Shown here: piece by piece, positions 8,618 to 19,700 of the stretch
Position numbering within the stretch: position 1 is the first letter of the stretch
How the letters are laid out: each line of letters starts with the position of its first letter
Virus record (IMG/VR): IMGVR_UViG_3300023084_000003
From: a virus
Length of the DNA stretch: 64,000 bases
Direction: 5' to 3' (one strand)
The notes under the pieces: generated by a model
The model's database searches: none
What the model was told of the DNA's origin: nothing
Seen by the model: the letters and a program-made list of their open reading frames with translations, nothing else
Translations under genes and position numbers: made by a program

Positions 8618-11600
8618 TTACCCCTTGAATTTGTCTAAATCTTTTTTAAGTTCTTTAACTGCTTCGATGAGAAGACCAACCAAGTTTCCGTAAGATACAG
8701 ACTTAATTTTATCTTCGCTATCATCTTCAATAACAGCTTCTGGAATGATTTGTTCAACTTCTTGGGCAATGAGACCGATTCTTCTAACATCAGGATCATG
8801 TTTCTTATGGAAGTAAACACCTCTCATAGCTTCTACTTTATCTAGAGCGTTAGAAATTGTTTCGATGTTTTCTTTCAATCTAATATCAGAGTTTGTTGTA
8901 ACGTCACCAGTTGCAGTAAAGTTACCGCCTCCAGATCCCAGACCAAATGTAAACCATGCTGTTCCATTCGCTTGGTTTTCAATTGAGAATTGTTGGACTG
9001 AAGTCGTTGCATCAAACAAGAAGTTACCTGTCGCAGACTCGTAACCGAGTTTCATTACAGCGCTAGTACCGAATGTAGCATAAACATCATTCGGGAAGTT
9101 CATGTCCGATGTAATACCTGTTACAGCTCCTGATGTTGTTGTGCCATTAACTGTAAGGTTGCCACCAAGCTCTAGGTTTTCAATATAAAGTGTATCTACA
9201 TCTGATTGATAGTAGAAGTTAGATTCACCGCCTGGGTTTGGACCAGTAGTACCAAGTAGAGGTCTTTGCTCAGCGCCACCTTCAAACATTGCGATAAAGA
9301 GTGCAGTATCTTGAAGAGCAGTTGTGTGAACGTTTTGTAGGTTACCTACACCACCTTCGTTACCAAAACCTTGAGTACCCTGAATACCTTGGAAGCCAAG
9401 CTCACCTTGGATACCTTGTGTGCCCTGAATACCTTGTGCACCAGCACCAGTGAAGCCTTGGAAACCAAAATTACCTTGAAGACCTTGTGTACCCTGAAGT
9501 CCTTGAATACCTTGTATACCACCACCGCCGTCTGGGCCTTGGAAACCATACCAACCTTGAGTACCTTGAGCACCTTGGCTACCGCCTTCACCAGGACCAC
9601 CAGTGAAACCTTGAACACCATCAGCACCTTGGAAACCATAGTAACCTTGAACACCACCGACACCTTCATCGCCGGCAGTACCCTGCATACCCTGTGGACC
9701 TTGCGTACCTTGGTTACCAATTGCACCAGCTCCAATAAAGCCTTGGATACCTTGAATACCTTGATTGCCTTCGCCTCCAGGACCTTGGAAACCTTGATAT
9801 CCATCGAAACCTTGGAAACCTTGAGTTCCTACACCAGGACCACCTTGCATACCTTGAGCGCCTTGGAAGCCAGGATCACCAGTTTGGCCTTGGAAACCTT
9901 GAGCACCTTGGTTACCGTCACCCGGCGTACCTTGGAAACCTTGCGGGCCAGATTCACCGTCAGTACCTTGAAGACCCTGTGGACCTTGAGTACCTTGGAA
10001 ACCAGTACCTGAATCACCTTGGATACCTTGAACACCTTGTGAGGCTTGAGCACCCTGAACACCTTGTGTACCTTGATTACCTTGAATACCTGTACCGCCG
10101 ATACCGTCTTGTCCAGCAAAACCTTGCGTACCTTGTGTACCTTGCCCAGTTATACCCTGTGTACCTTGGATACCTTGGAAACCTTGAATACCGTCTCCAC
10201 CTAGAACACCATCAGCGCCCTGAACACCTTGTACACCTTGAGTACCTTGTGGACCTTGTGGACCAAGAGCACCTAGAGTACCTGAAGGACCTTGGAAACC
10301 TTGTACACCTTGATCACCTTGAATACCTTGCGTACCGGCACCTGTGAAACCCTGAACACCTTGAGTTCCTTGAGGACCTTGGATACCAGCAGGACCAGGT
10401 GAGCCTGGATCACCGACGTCACCAGTTCTAGCAAATGTAATGGTAATATCTTCGTCATTAGCAAATGAACCACCTACAGAACCAGATACGTAAGAAACAT
10501 CGATGGCAAAATAACCTGAAGCTTCCGTTACTCCACTGATAGTATATAGTTGGAAGTTAGCAGGTGTTTGCTTTTCAGTGATCTTAACGTGACCTTTAAT
10601 GGCACTTGTGGAATCATCGATAGTTCTTAGATATGGCTGAATGTCTGTGAAGTTATCATCACGATCATCCATCAAAAGAAGTGTAGCAGAAGATCCATTT
10701 GAGTTATTAATCTTAGCATAACCAACACCAGGATCTGATGTTGCTGTGTTTGTTGACCAAGTATAATCGAATGTTACGCCACCGAAGCTACCTGTTGAAC
10801 CCTGCGCACCATCAGCACCTTGGAAACCAAATGTACCTTGAGCACCTTGTGGACCAACTTGGCCTGGGAAGCCTTGCACACCTTGGAAACCATAATCACC
10901 TTGAATACCTTGAGCAGCTTGGAAACCTTGCATACCCTGTGTACCTTGGAAACCGTACCAGCCTTGTACACCTTGAGTTCCTTGAATACCCTGAATACCC
11001 TGCGGCCCGACCTCGGAAGTAGTAATGTTTCCACCCATTGCGCCGTGTACTGTACACTGATAGTACAATGTATCTGGAGCATTAAATGGAACTCTGAATA
11101 CTAGCTTACCATTATCTGTGCCGTTGTTTGTTACGCCTGTATTGTATGCAGCACCACCATTAGATACTCTAATCTGGAATGGATGACCTACTGCATTAAT
11201 ATCAAATACGTATGTAAATCCTCTTAGAAGATGCAGATCAGGATCAAGTACACCATCGATTGTGTAATCGTTAGGAGCATTTGGCGCAGTAACAGTAAAC
11301 TCACGGGCTCCTTCAAAGCCTTGCATACCTTGGAAGCCTTGAGTACCCTGCACACCTTGATATGCTTGTGGACCTTGTACACCCTGTACGCCTTGAGTAC
11401 CTTGTGTGCCCTGTGTTCCTTGAGTGCCCTGTGTTCCTTGAGTACCCTGTGGACCAATAGGACCGCCTGGAATAAAGTTAATGATAGCAAATTCGTCATG
11501 TGTATCAACGACTTGTGTTTGCCAGTTTGTAACTGTACTTTCGATATTTGTTACGTCAAAGTAACCCCAGTTTTTAGAAACTGAATCCCAAGTAAAGTTA

Positions 11601-13363
11601 GAGAATGAGTAAGCAGCAAAATGATGACCGCCAGGACCGTCACCGTCTCCACCTGCGTGTGAAACAATGATATGACCTTTTGGAGTACCTGGAAGTCCAG
11701 CCAAATAATCTAGAATCTCGTCAATCTGATTTGAATACTGATCAGAAGGAATATCATCTAGAATAATTCTTGTTGCTTGGGTAGGATCCGAGTTGTTGAA
11801 TCTAAAGTTATTCGTGCCAGGATCTGATGTAGCGGTACCGCTGTCAAATGCCCACTCAAATGTTAGACCACCATGCTCGCCGTGAGTACCTTGAACTCCT
11901 TGAACACCTTGGTAGCCTTGAGCACCTTGAGTACCGAATCCACCTTGAACACCTTGTGTGCCTTGGCGACCTTGTACACCTTGCCAGCCTTGTACACCTT
12001 GGTTTCCTCTAAATCCTTGTACGCCTTGAGTACCCTGTATACCTTGAGTAGACTGTGGGCCTTGCGTACCTTGACGGCCTTGTAATCCTTGAGTACCTTG
12101 TGTACCCTGCCAACCTTGGAAACCTTGTGTACCTTGAGCTGATTGAGGACCTTGAGTACCTTGTGTACCCTGCCATCCTTGTACGCCTTGAGTACCTTGT
12201 GGTCCTTGAATACCTTGGAAACCACGATCACCCGAAATGTCAAATGCGACAACGAGTGGATAAGAAGTATATGTGCTAGGTGGCGAAGTTAGTTCTGTAA
12301 AATCTTGTTTAAGAGCATCACCAGCTATGTATGTAACGTCGAGTTCCCAGTAACCAGTTTGATCTGTTAATTCTTGAACTGAAAAGATTACATAATCTGA
12401 TGGATTGTCTCTTTTTGTAAATTTCAAATAACCTTTATTAGTTGACGATGCACTATCCATCGCCTGATAAAGACCTTCAACATTAACATTATGATTATCT
12501 GTATCATCAATCCAAATTTGTGTAACTGCTGAAAAGTTATCAGTATTTGCTAAAGCAGCATTAAAGATAACCCCGCCAGTACTAGGATCTGCTTCTGTAA
12601 TATCATTTAAAAGATTATATGTAAGTACTAGACCAGAGTCTTGTCCTTGCCAACCTTGGATACCGTACCAACCTTGAGTACCTTGTACACCTTGATACGC
12701 TTGAGGTCCCTGAATACCTTGAAGTCCTTGAACTCCTTGGACACCCTGAATACCTTGTACACCTTGATAAGCTTGTGGACCTTGGGTACCTTGAATACCC
12801 TGCATACCTTGGACACCTTGTTGTCCTTTAAAGCCTTGGATACCTTGAACACCCTGTTGTCCACGGAAACCGCGACGACCTTGAATACCTTCTTCACCAA
12901 TAGTACCTTGAGCACCTTGGGTTCCCTGATTACCCGTAAAACCTTGTACACCACGGAAAGAACCAATGTTTACCCAAGTGCTTGAGCCAACATAGATCCA
13001 AAGTTCATCATCAGCTTCGTCAATAACACCGTCGCCGATGTTAGGACTTGGAAAAGCAGTGTTCAATGTGGCCTGGGGGTCGCCACCGGCATCTACATCA
13101 GCGACAGATCCAATGATTGTAAATCCTGGACCGTAGTCACCTTGTAAGCCCTGAACACCTTGGACACCTTGGGTGCCTTGAGAAGTTGCCGCAGCTGCAT
13201 CAAAAAGTACCCAGTTGGTACCATCTGAGTAGCGCATCTGCCCAGCAGTCGTGTAGACAATAGATCCTTCGTGTGCCGCAGGATCGAGCGTCGTATAATC
13301 TTGGGGTAAGCCCTGTCCTATAAGAGTTGTGCGACCTCTAAGGCTTCTAAATCTACTCGACAT
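8618..13363 (-). CDS. Collagen-like (Gly-X-Gln) tail fibre with cupredoxin-like domain and C-terminal S74 intramolecular chaperone (1581 aa)
   Basis: Six (QGx)n blocks separated by globular domains. GHPF...[10 protein letters not shown] motif. C-terminal SDIRLKENI...IGLIAQEVE...[15 protein letters not shown] peptidase S74 signature. Confidence 0.85.
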   Translation of the reverse strand: MSSRFRSLRGRTTLIGQGLPQDYTTLDPAAHEGSIVYTTAGQMRYSDGTNWVLFDAAAATSQGTQGVQGVQGLQGDYGPGFTIIGSVADVDAGGDPQATLNTAFPSPNIGDGVIDEADDELWIYVGSSTWVNIGSFRGVQGFTGNQGTQGAQGTIGEEGIQGRRGFRGQQGVQGIQGFKGQQGVQGMQGIQGTQGPQAYQGVQGIQGVQGVQGLQGIQGPQAYQGVQGTQGWYGIQGWQGQDSGLVLTYNLLNDITEADPSTGGVIFNAALANTDNFSAVTQIWIDDTDNHNVNVEGLYQAMDSASSTNKGYLKFTKRDNPSDYVIFSVQELTDQTGYWELDVTYIAGDALKQDFTELTSPPSTYTSYPLVVAFDISGDRGFQGIQGPQGTQGVQGWQGTQGTQGPQSAQGTQGFQGWQGTQGTQGLQGRQGTQGPQSTQGIQGTQGVQGFRGNQGVQGWQGVQGRQGTQGVQGGFGTQGAQGYQGVQGVQGTHGEHGGLTFEWAFDSGTATSDPGTNNFRFNNSDPTQATRIILDDIPSDQYSNQIDEILDYLAGLPGTPKGHIIVSHAGGDGDGPGGHHFAAYSFSNFTWDSVSKNWGYFDVTNIESTVTNWQTQVVDTHDEFAIINFIPGGPIGPQGTQGTQGTQGTQGTQGTQGVQGVQGPQAYQGVQGTQGFQGMQGFEGAREFTVTAPNAPNDYTIDGVLDPDLHLLRGFTYVFDINAVGHPFQIRVSNGGAAYNTGVTNNGTDNGKLVFRVPFNAPDTLYYQCTVHGAMGGNITTSEVGPQGIQGIQGTQGVQGWYGFQGTQGMQGFQAAQGIQGDYGFQGVQGFPGQVGPQGAQGTFGFQGADGAQGSTGSFGGVTFDYTWSTNTATSDPGVGYAKINNSNGSSATLLLMDDRDDNFTDIQPYLRTIDDSTSAIKGHVKITEKQTPANFQLYTISGVTEASGYFAIDVSYVSGSVGGSFANDEDITITFARTGDVGDPGSPGPAGIQGPQGTQGVQGFTGAGTQGIQGDQGVQGFQGPSGTLGALGPQGPQGTQGVQGVQGADGVLGGDGIQGFQGIQGTQGITGQGTQGTQGFAGQDGIGGTGIQGNQGTQGVQGAQASQGVQGIQGDSGTGFQGTQGPQGLQGTDGESGPQGFQGTPGDGNQGAQGFQGQTGDPGFQGAQGMQGGPGVGTQGFQGFDGYQGFQGPGGEGNQGIQGIQGFIGAGAIGNQGTQGPQGMQGTAGDEGVGGVQGYYGFQGADGVQGFTGGPGEGGSQGAQGTQGWYGFQGPDGGGGIQGIQGLQGTQGLQGNFGFQGFTGAGAQGIQGTQGIQGELGFQGIQGTQGFGNEGGVGNLQNVHTTALQDTALFIAMFEGGAEQRPLLGTTGPNPGGESNFYYQSDVDTLYIENLELGGNLTVNGTTTSGAVTGITSDMNFPNDVYATFGTSAVMKLGYESATGNFLFDATTSVQQFSIENQANGTAWFTFGLGSGGGNFTATGDVTTNSDIRLKENIETISNALDKVEAMRGVYFHKKHDPDVRRIGLIAQEVEQIIPEAVIEDDSEDKIKSVSYGNLVGLLIEAVKELKKDLDKFKG

Positions 13364-13778
13364 CGTCTTCCTCGCTCTGACCTAATGTGAACGACAATGT
13401 AGCGTCACACGCTAAGTTTGCGGACGCTTTAATTTCCAATAAATCACCCGATGCAAAGAATTGTCCATTTAGAGGCAAAGCGAAGGTGTCATATGCCGGA
13501 ATCGGCATGTTTCTTATTACGTAAAATTCCTGGTTTAATGCGTATCTATGCGTGCGTACATCGACGTTTACAGTGTTTGCTGAGTAATTACATATAATCA
13601 AAGGACTGATGACTTCGCCTACACCCGGCTCAACCACGTTTGAACCGCCAAAAACAAGCTCAGGAACTTCGTAGTTGGGCACTTCAATAAGAATGTCCCA
13701 GTTCGTCGTTAATGTTAAGTTTTTGGCGACCGGTTTTGCGTCGGGCGCCTGGGATGTTGATATAGTTGTAATTGCCAT
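13353..13778 (-). CDS. Conserved hypothetical virion protein (141 aa)
   Basis: TAATG overlap with the giant gene and 11-nt overlap with the collagen gene. Beta-rich, resembles small partners of large T4-like structural proteins. Confidence 0.6.
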   Translation of the reverse strand: MAITTISTSQAPDAKPVAKNLTLTTNWDILIEVPNYEVPELVFGGSNVVEPGVGEVISPLIICNYSANTVNVDVRTHRYALNQEFYVIRNMPIPAYDTFALPLNGQFFASGDLLEIKASANLACDATLSFTLGQSEEDDVE

Positions 13779-16700
13779 TATAGTACTGCCCTACTGTTAG
13801 AAGCTCTTCTAGCTAGTTTTCTGACCGATGACGTAAACGGTCTACCCTCAATACGTCCTGTTCTACCATTGATTCTCAGTCCTCTTGCGAAGTACTGGTT
13901 GTTCAATTCGTCAGAACCAGACCATCTAATTCTACCACCATCTTCTGAAAGAACAGAAGCGGTAGCACCAATTGCAGCACCAACGTTTCTAAAGTTTAAC
14001 GGCAACGCATTTCTGTTAACACCTGCTGATGCGCCGTTAAACTGGTGGGCAATGGATTCAACAAGCGAACCAAATGCCAAGAAGTTTGGTCTCAACACTG
14101 TACTAATCAATACGTCGTCAATCAATTCAGTAATCATAGCTCTATGTGCTGCGTTAGGTGCGATATTGGTATTTATATAATCTCTCATACGCTCCCAAGC
14201 TTTATAGAAAGATACTAGCAAATCTACATTGTTTTGATGTCCACTTGCAATCCATCCAGTGCCATTCCAGTAATGAATTTCACCAACATAATCGTTATTA
14301 TCTGGGTTAGATCCGCCTGTTGCTGATACAACGAATGCATCCCATCTCTTTGGATTAGTTAATGCATCACGTTCTGTTACTGTACCCGCACCTTTAAATC
14401 TTAGATCTCTCCAGTTAGCAAACGCGCTTGGTGGGTTAAACACTGGGAATACTGATTTTGAATCAATATCGTATAGTGCTGCTGCAAAAGATCTCATTGC
14501 TTTATCAGAACCTTCGATTGGTGGGTTCTGTGAAGGATCTGTGAAGCGAAGATCGTTTTGTATAATATCAATTAAGTTACCAGCATCACGATATGTTTTA
14601 GGTAGATCGATAAACTTATATGTTGAAGTAATAAATCTCTGTACTTCTTTCTGAAGCGCAACTTTATTATTCAACAAGATATCTCTTGAGAATCTAAACG
14701 CTTTATTCTTCTTGTCTTCCCACATGAAGTCTGGTTGAATTGTTCTACCAAGAGCTCTTGGTGTGTTATAGAATAGTGCGTTGTAGAAAATCATACCCAA
14801 GTCTTTTGCTTGCGCTTGCTGAGCTTCAGATCCCATTTCTGGGCGAAGCTTCTGACCTGGATACTTACCTACTGTAACATCACTTACAATCTTACCAAGT
14901 TGACGATAAGATTGAGCTGTTGCAACTCTTGTATCTTCCGGAATACGAAGTTCGTTATTCCAGTAATAGAAGTCTGCGTTCCAGCGAGATGCTAGGTTAC
15001 CACCGTAGTTCAAATCCCAGCTCATAGCATCAATGATGTAACCTGAGTCACGGCGACACTTAGCTTTGCTGTAATCTACGATAGTAAAGTTGTCTGAGAT
15101 AAACTTAGTTACATCATCTGCAAGATCACCGAGTTTTCCATCGATCATCTTACCTGCTGATACCTTGCTATCATCAACCCATGCTGTGTTAGGTTCGATA
15201 AGCTCAGGAACTGCATCCAATCCATCTCTTCTAATTGCTTCTTCAACAATACGAACCATGTCTGCAGCCCACTCGCCTTCAACTGCTGTCGCTGCTGATG
15301 GACCACCTGCTTCGCCAGCAACATCACCAGTAATAATCTTACTAATGTAGTTTGCCATTTCTTCATAGAAATCAGCAGTTTGTTGACGCTGATCAAATGG
15401 AAGAACGCTTGTTGCATTGTCGAAATACATATTAGCAGCAAGTCTTGTAGCATAGTTTGTTTCGTATTGTACGTCGTGTGAGATAGCGTCGAGCATAATG
15501 CCCACATCTCTACGACATTTTTCTTTAGGATAACTGATACCTTTATAAGTTGTTGAGATATGGTTAACCATGCTCGTTGTAAGTGCTTCAAGAGCATTGT
15601 CAACTTTATCTTTCTCGGTCTTAAAGATTGAAGGTACCCAATCCATATTAGGCTCGATACGTGCAGGTAGGTTATCAGGATTGTTATCATCTGCAATATC
15701 AGCAATCATAAGTGCAAGATGTTTTGCTTCCATAGCAATCTCTCTTCTTGCAGCCAATGATGACTTGTCTTGCTTGAATGATTGTCCTCTAATAACTTTT
15801 ACTGCATTGTCTGTCGCACTTACAAATGTATGTGCTCCAGCATAACCTTTAGCATATCCAGCTTGAACTGTAATTGTTGTTGCTGTTTTAGCATCAATTC
15901 TTAGCGGCTTAGCGAAAGAACCATCTGTTTCTCTTGGATGCGAGATTTGTACAGCAGGTGAACCACATTCGAAAGTAATGCTTTCTTTTTCAAACATGAT
16001 GTAATCACCAACCGCTAGGTTATGAGCACCAAGAGTAACTTCCATCACACCTGTTAAAGGATTGTATGTAGCATTTGTAGGTGTAAAGCGCTTACCGATT
16101 CTTAGATCTACATCTTCATTACGGATTACTTTGCGCATTACTTCAGCCATATGTGTAAAGGCTTTCTTAGTAGGCTCTCTCTGCTCAAGCGGCAGTAGGT
16201 TTGTCATGTTAACAAAGTAGATCTGCGCTGCATTCCACATCGCAGAGTTACCACCGTACTGAATATCATGAGAGATCGCATCAACCATGTAACCAGTGTC
16301 ACGGCGACATTTTTCTGAATCGTACTCAAGATAATCAAATTTGGATTGCAGATAAGAATTAACACCGTTTTGTAGTGTTGTCTTACGTGCTGTAATCTTC
16401 GCAACGTCTGATGCATCGGCATATCCTGTTGCGCCTACAGCTCCAGTATCTGGGAACACGGCTGCAGGTAAACCAAAGAGAGAATCTTCAGTAATCATAT
16501 TAGATACGATATTAAATAGATCTTCTACATCTTGAGCAACCTGAGTAAGAACATTACCGAATGCAGTACTTACTGTTTCAGTATTACCAGTTGTAGGTGT
16601 TACAGGAAGTTTCAACAAAATTCTTTCAGCAACTGTTGCTACATGCTCAAAGATTGCTGCAGTTTCTGTTTTCTGATCTGCAGGTAGAACTGATGTTCCT

Positions 16701-19700
16701 TGATCAAAGTATAGGCTTGCAACATCTCTCATAGCAACGTTTGAGCCATGACGGATATCCCAGCTTACCGCATCAACCATGTAACCGATATCGCGCTCAC
16801 ACTTATCTCTTTGCTCAGCTGAAAGAGCTGCCCAAAGTACTGGATAAGTTTGCTCAAAGTATGCTCTACCTTCTTTTTGCAAGAATGTTCTGTTAGCAAC
16901 CAAGCCATCAGTTGAGTTACCTTCGCTAACACCAATTCTAGATGTTCCGAAGTTGTATGTTAGACCTGATACACCATCTTTCATAATGTTGATGATGTTA
17001 TCAAATGCACCACGAGCTGTTGTAAGAGCTGTACCTGAAAGCTGTGCTTCGATGTCTTTTCTTACATACTTAATTGCTTCAATAGTTTCTGCAAGTTGGT
17101 CATTAATTACTGTGTCTGTTGAAGGATTACCAGCTCTGTAAGCACGACCTGCATACTTACTTGAGTAATCACTATTTGTTTCAACGTCTCTTCTTACAGC
17201 GTCGATAATGTATCCAACGTCTCTTGCACACTTATCTTCATCGTATGTAAAGTAAGTATCATTAATGTATCCAACAACCTCATCTTGGATGAAGCCTTTG
17301 TTCATCTGAAGTGCTTTACGAGCATATGTTCTTGATGGCTCGATAAGAGGTGCGATGTCTGTATTTGCAGATGGAAGATTTTTAAGTCTTGCTTCTGGTT
17401 TCTGAGTAATATCAAGAGATCCAGTATATTCTGGAATTACAAGACGATCATCTGTAATGTTTGAGATGATGTTAGCCAATCTCTTAGCTTCTACACCAGT
17501 TGCCGCGTCAGCAGGAAGACCCGAAGTATCTTGAGTTAGCGCATTACCTGTTGTAGGTGTAATTGCTGTCTCTGTAACAACATCTTCCATAAGATCAGCT
17601 ATATGCTCAAATGCCAGTCTTGTAGGCTCTCTTTGATATAGAGGCAGAACATTAATAGCGCCTTCAAAGTAGTATCTTGCTGCATTGATTGTTGCAGAAT
17701 CTCCACCGTATTCTAAATCTTCGGAAACCGCATCGACGATATAGCCAACATCACGTGGGCACTTATCTTCTTGATAAGCTAGACCATTATATGTTTCTCT
17801 AATATAGTCGATAATTTCAGTTTGATATTTAGCAGTTGCGCCAGCAATTTCTTCAAACATTACGTTTGTTGCTGCGTCATATCCTGTACCAGATAAAGTT
17901 GGTTCTTTAATAGTTGGTGTTGTTAGACCGGTATTGATTCCATCAGTACCATATCCTTCGCCGCCACTTACATAACCGTCTGTATCTTCGTAACCTTCAA
18001 TACCGAATGTTGTTTTGTAATCATCTTCTTCGATGATATCAGAAATTGTTCTGAATAGTTTCTCAACTTCTGTACCAACCGCAGGTGCGACAGATGGTCT
18101 GACACAGTCTGTTGCTGCACTAACAAATGTATGCGCTTCTGCATAACCTTGAGCAGTTCCAACATACATTGTAAGAATATCGCCATCAACCTTAGTAATT
18201 TCAATTGGTGTATTGAAATATGGGTCTGTTGCTCTTGGATGAGAAATCTGAGTTGCAGGAGAACCGCACTCGAATGTAATACCATTTTCTGCAATCACGA
18301 TGTAATCACCAACTGATTGACCGTGGCTTGGAATTGTCAGAGTCATAATTCCAGTTACAGGATTATATGCAGCAAATGTAGGTGTTAGAGTATTAGCAAA
18401 TGTTTGAGTTGTAGCATTTTGTTGTGTTGCCACAACTTCTTGTCTTACCAACCCACCAGCAATATCTGCAATGTAAGCATATGCTTCAGCAGTTACTGGT
18501 TTTTCTTGTTCTGCTAGTACACTTACAGCATTATCGAAGTAAACTCTTGCGTTATTTACTGTTGCAGCATTTGAGCCGTGTTGTACGTCCCATGATACCG
18601 CATCGATAAAGTATCCTAGATCTCTTTCACAATCTGCTACGTTGTAAGAAAGATCTGGATGCGTGTTTGCAATCCATGCTGTTACTTCATCTTGCAAGAA
18701 TGCTTTGTTAGATTGTAGAAGTCCTCTTGCATCTAAAGTATCTTGTGATACGTAAGATGTACCGAATGTTCTTGAGTTCGCATTACCTGCACCGTTATTC
18801 ATGATGTCGATAATTTCATCGAATGCAGCGTCAGCAGCTAGGCCAGCAGCACCTGAAGTAATTGTTGTATTGATTTTACCTTTTAGCCAAGTAATCGCAC
18901 CAACTGTTTCTGTAAGTTGATTGTTAACAACATTTTCTGCGCTTGCGTTACCAGTTCTATATGCCAAACCAGCAAATACTGCGTTAACATTAGAGCCTGT
19001 AGCCATGTCACGACGTACAGCATCAAGAATATATCCGGTATCACGAGCACATCTCTTGTCGTCGTATACGAAGTAGTTGTCTTTCAACCATGCATCGACT
19101 TCAGCTTGCAAGAATGCTTTATTAGCTTGAAGCTGCTTACGAGCAAGTGCACCATTTCTTGTAACTCTTTCAGGCAGCTTAACTACGGCGTCATAATCTG
19201 CTCTTACAAATGTATGAGTACCTGTATATCCACCTGCTGAGCCAGGATTAACTGTGATTGTATTTGCAGCAACTGCTGTAACTTCAAGTGGGAACTCGTA
19301 ATTTGGCTCGCCAATTCTTGGATGAGCAATCTCGATTGTTTCAGAAGTCGCAGTATTAACGCATGAAAGTACAACACTTGCCGGTTTAAATTCGATATGA
19401 TCGTTAGTTGTGAAATCATGAGATCCACCAAAGTCGATAATCATATCACCTGTTGTTGGGTTATAATCAACATCTATTGGTGTATGATAGCTTGCAACCT
19501 TAGCAGGGTCTGTCCAGTAGATGGCATTTGTATCTACTGAATCAACCTTAGCACTTACGAATGTATGTGCACCAGTATATCCGCCAGCATTACCCACGTT
19601 CATTGTAATTGCAGTATCAGTAACTGCTGAAATACGAACTGGTTTTCTAAATGCAGGTTCGCCATCTCTTGGGTGTGAAATTTCACCAATGTCACTTGTG

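Noticed and set aside
9346-12985. Many 70-213 aa ORFs on both strands inside the collagen gene (KVFKV..., TLNTL..., LEYL...)
   Set aside because: These are shadow frames of the stop-poor 9-nt CAA-GGT-NNN repeat. They have no SD and low-complexity translations.
9350-13190. Short periodic direct repeats (ccttg every 9 nt) resembling an array
   Set aside because: Fully explained by Gly-X-Gln codons. There are no constant-length repeats with unique spacers, so this is not CRISPR.
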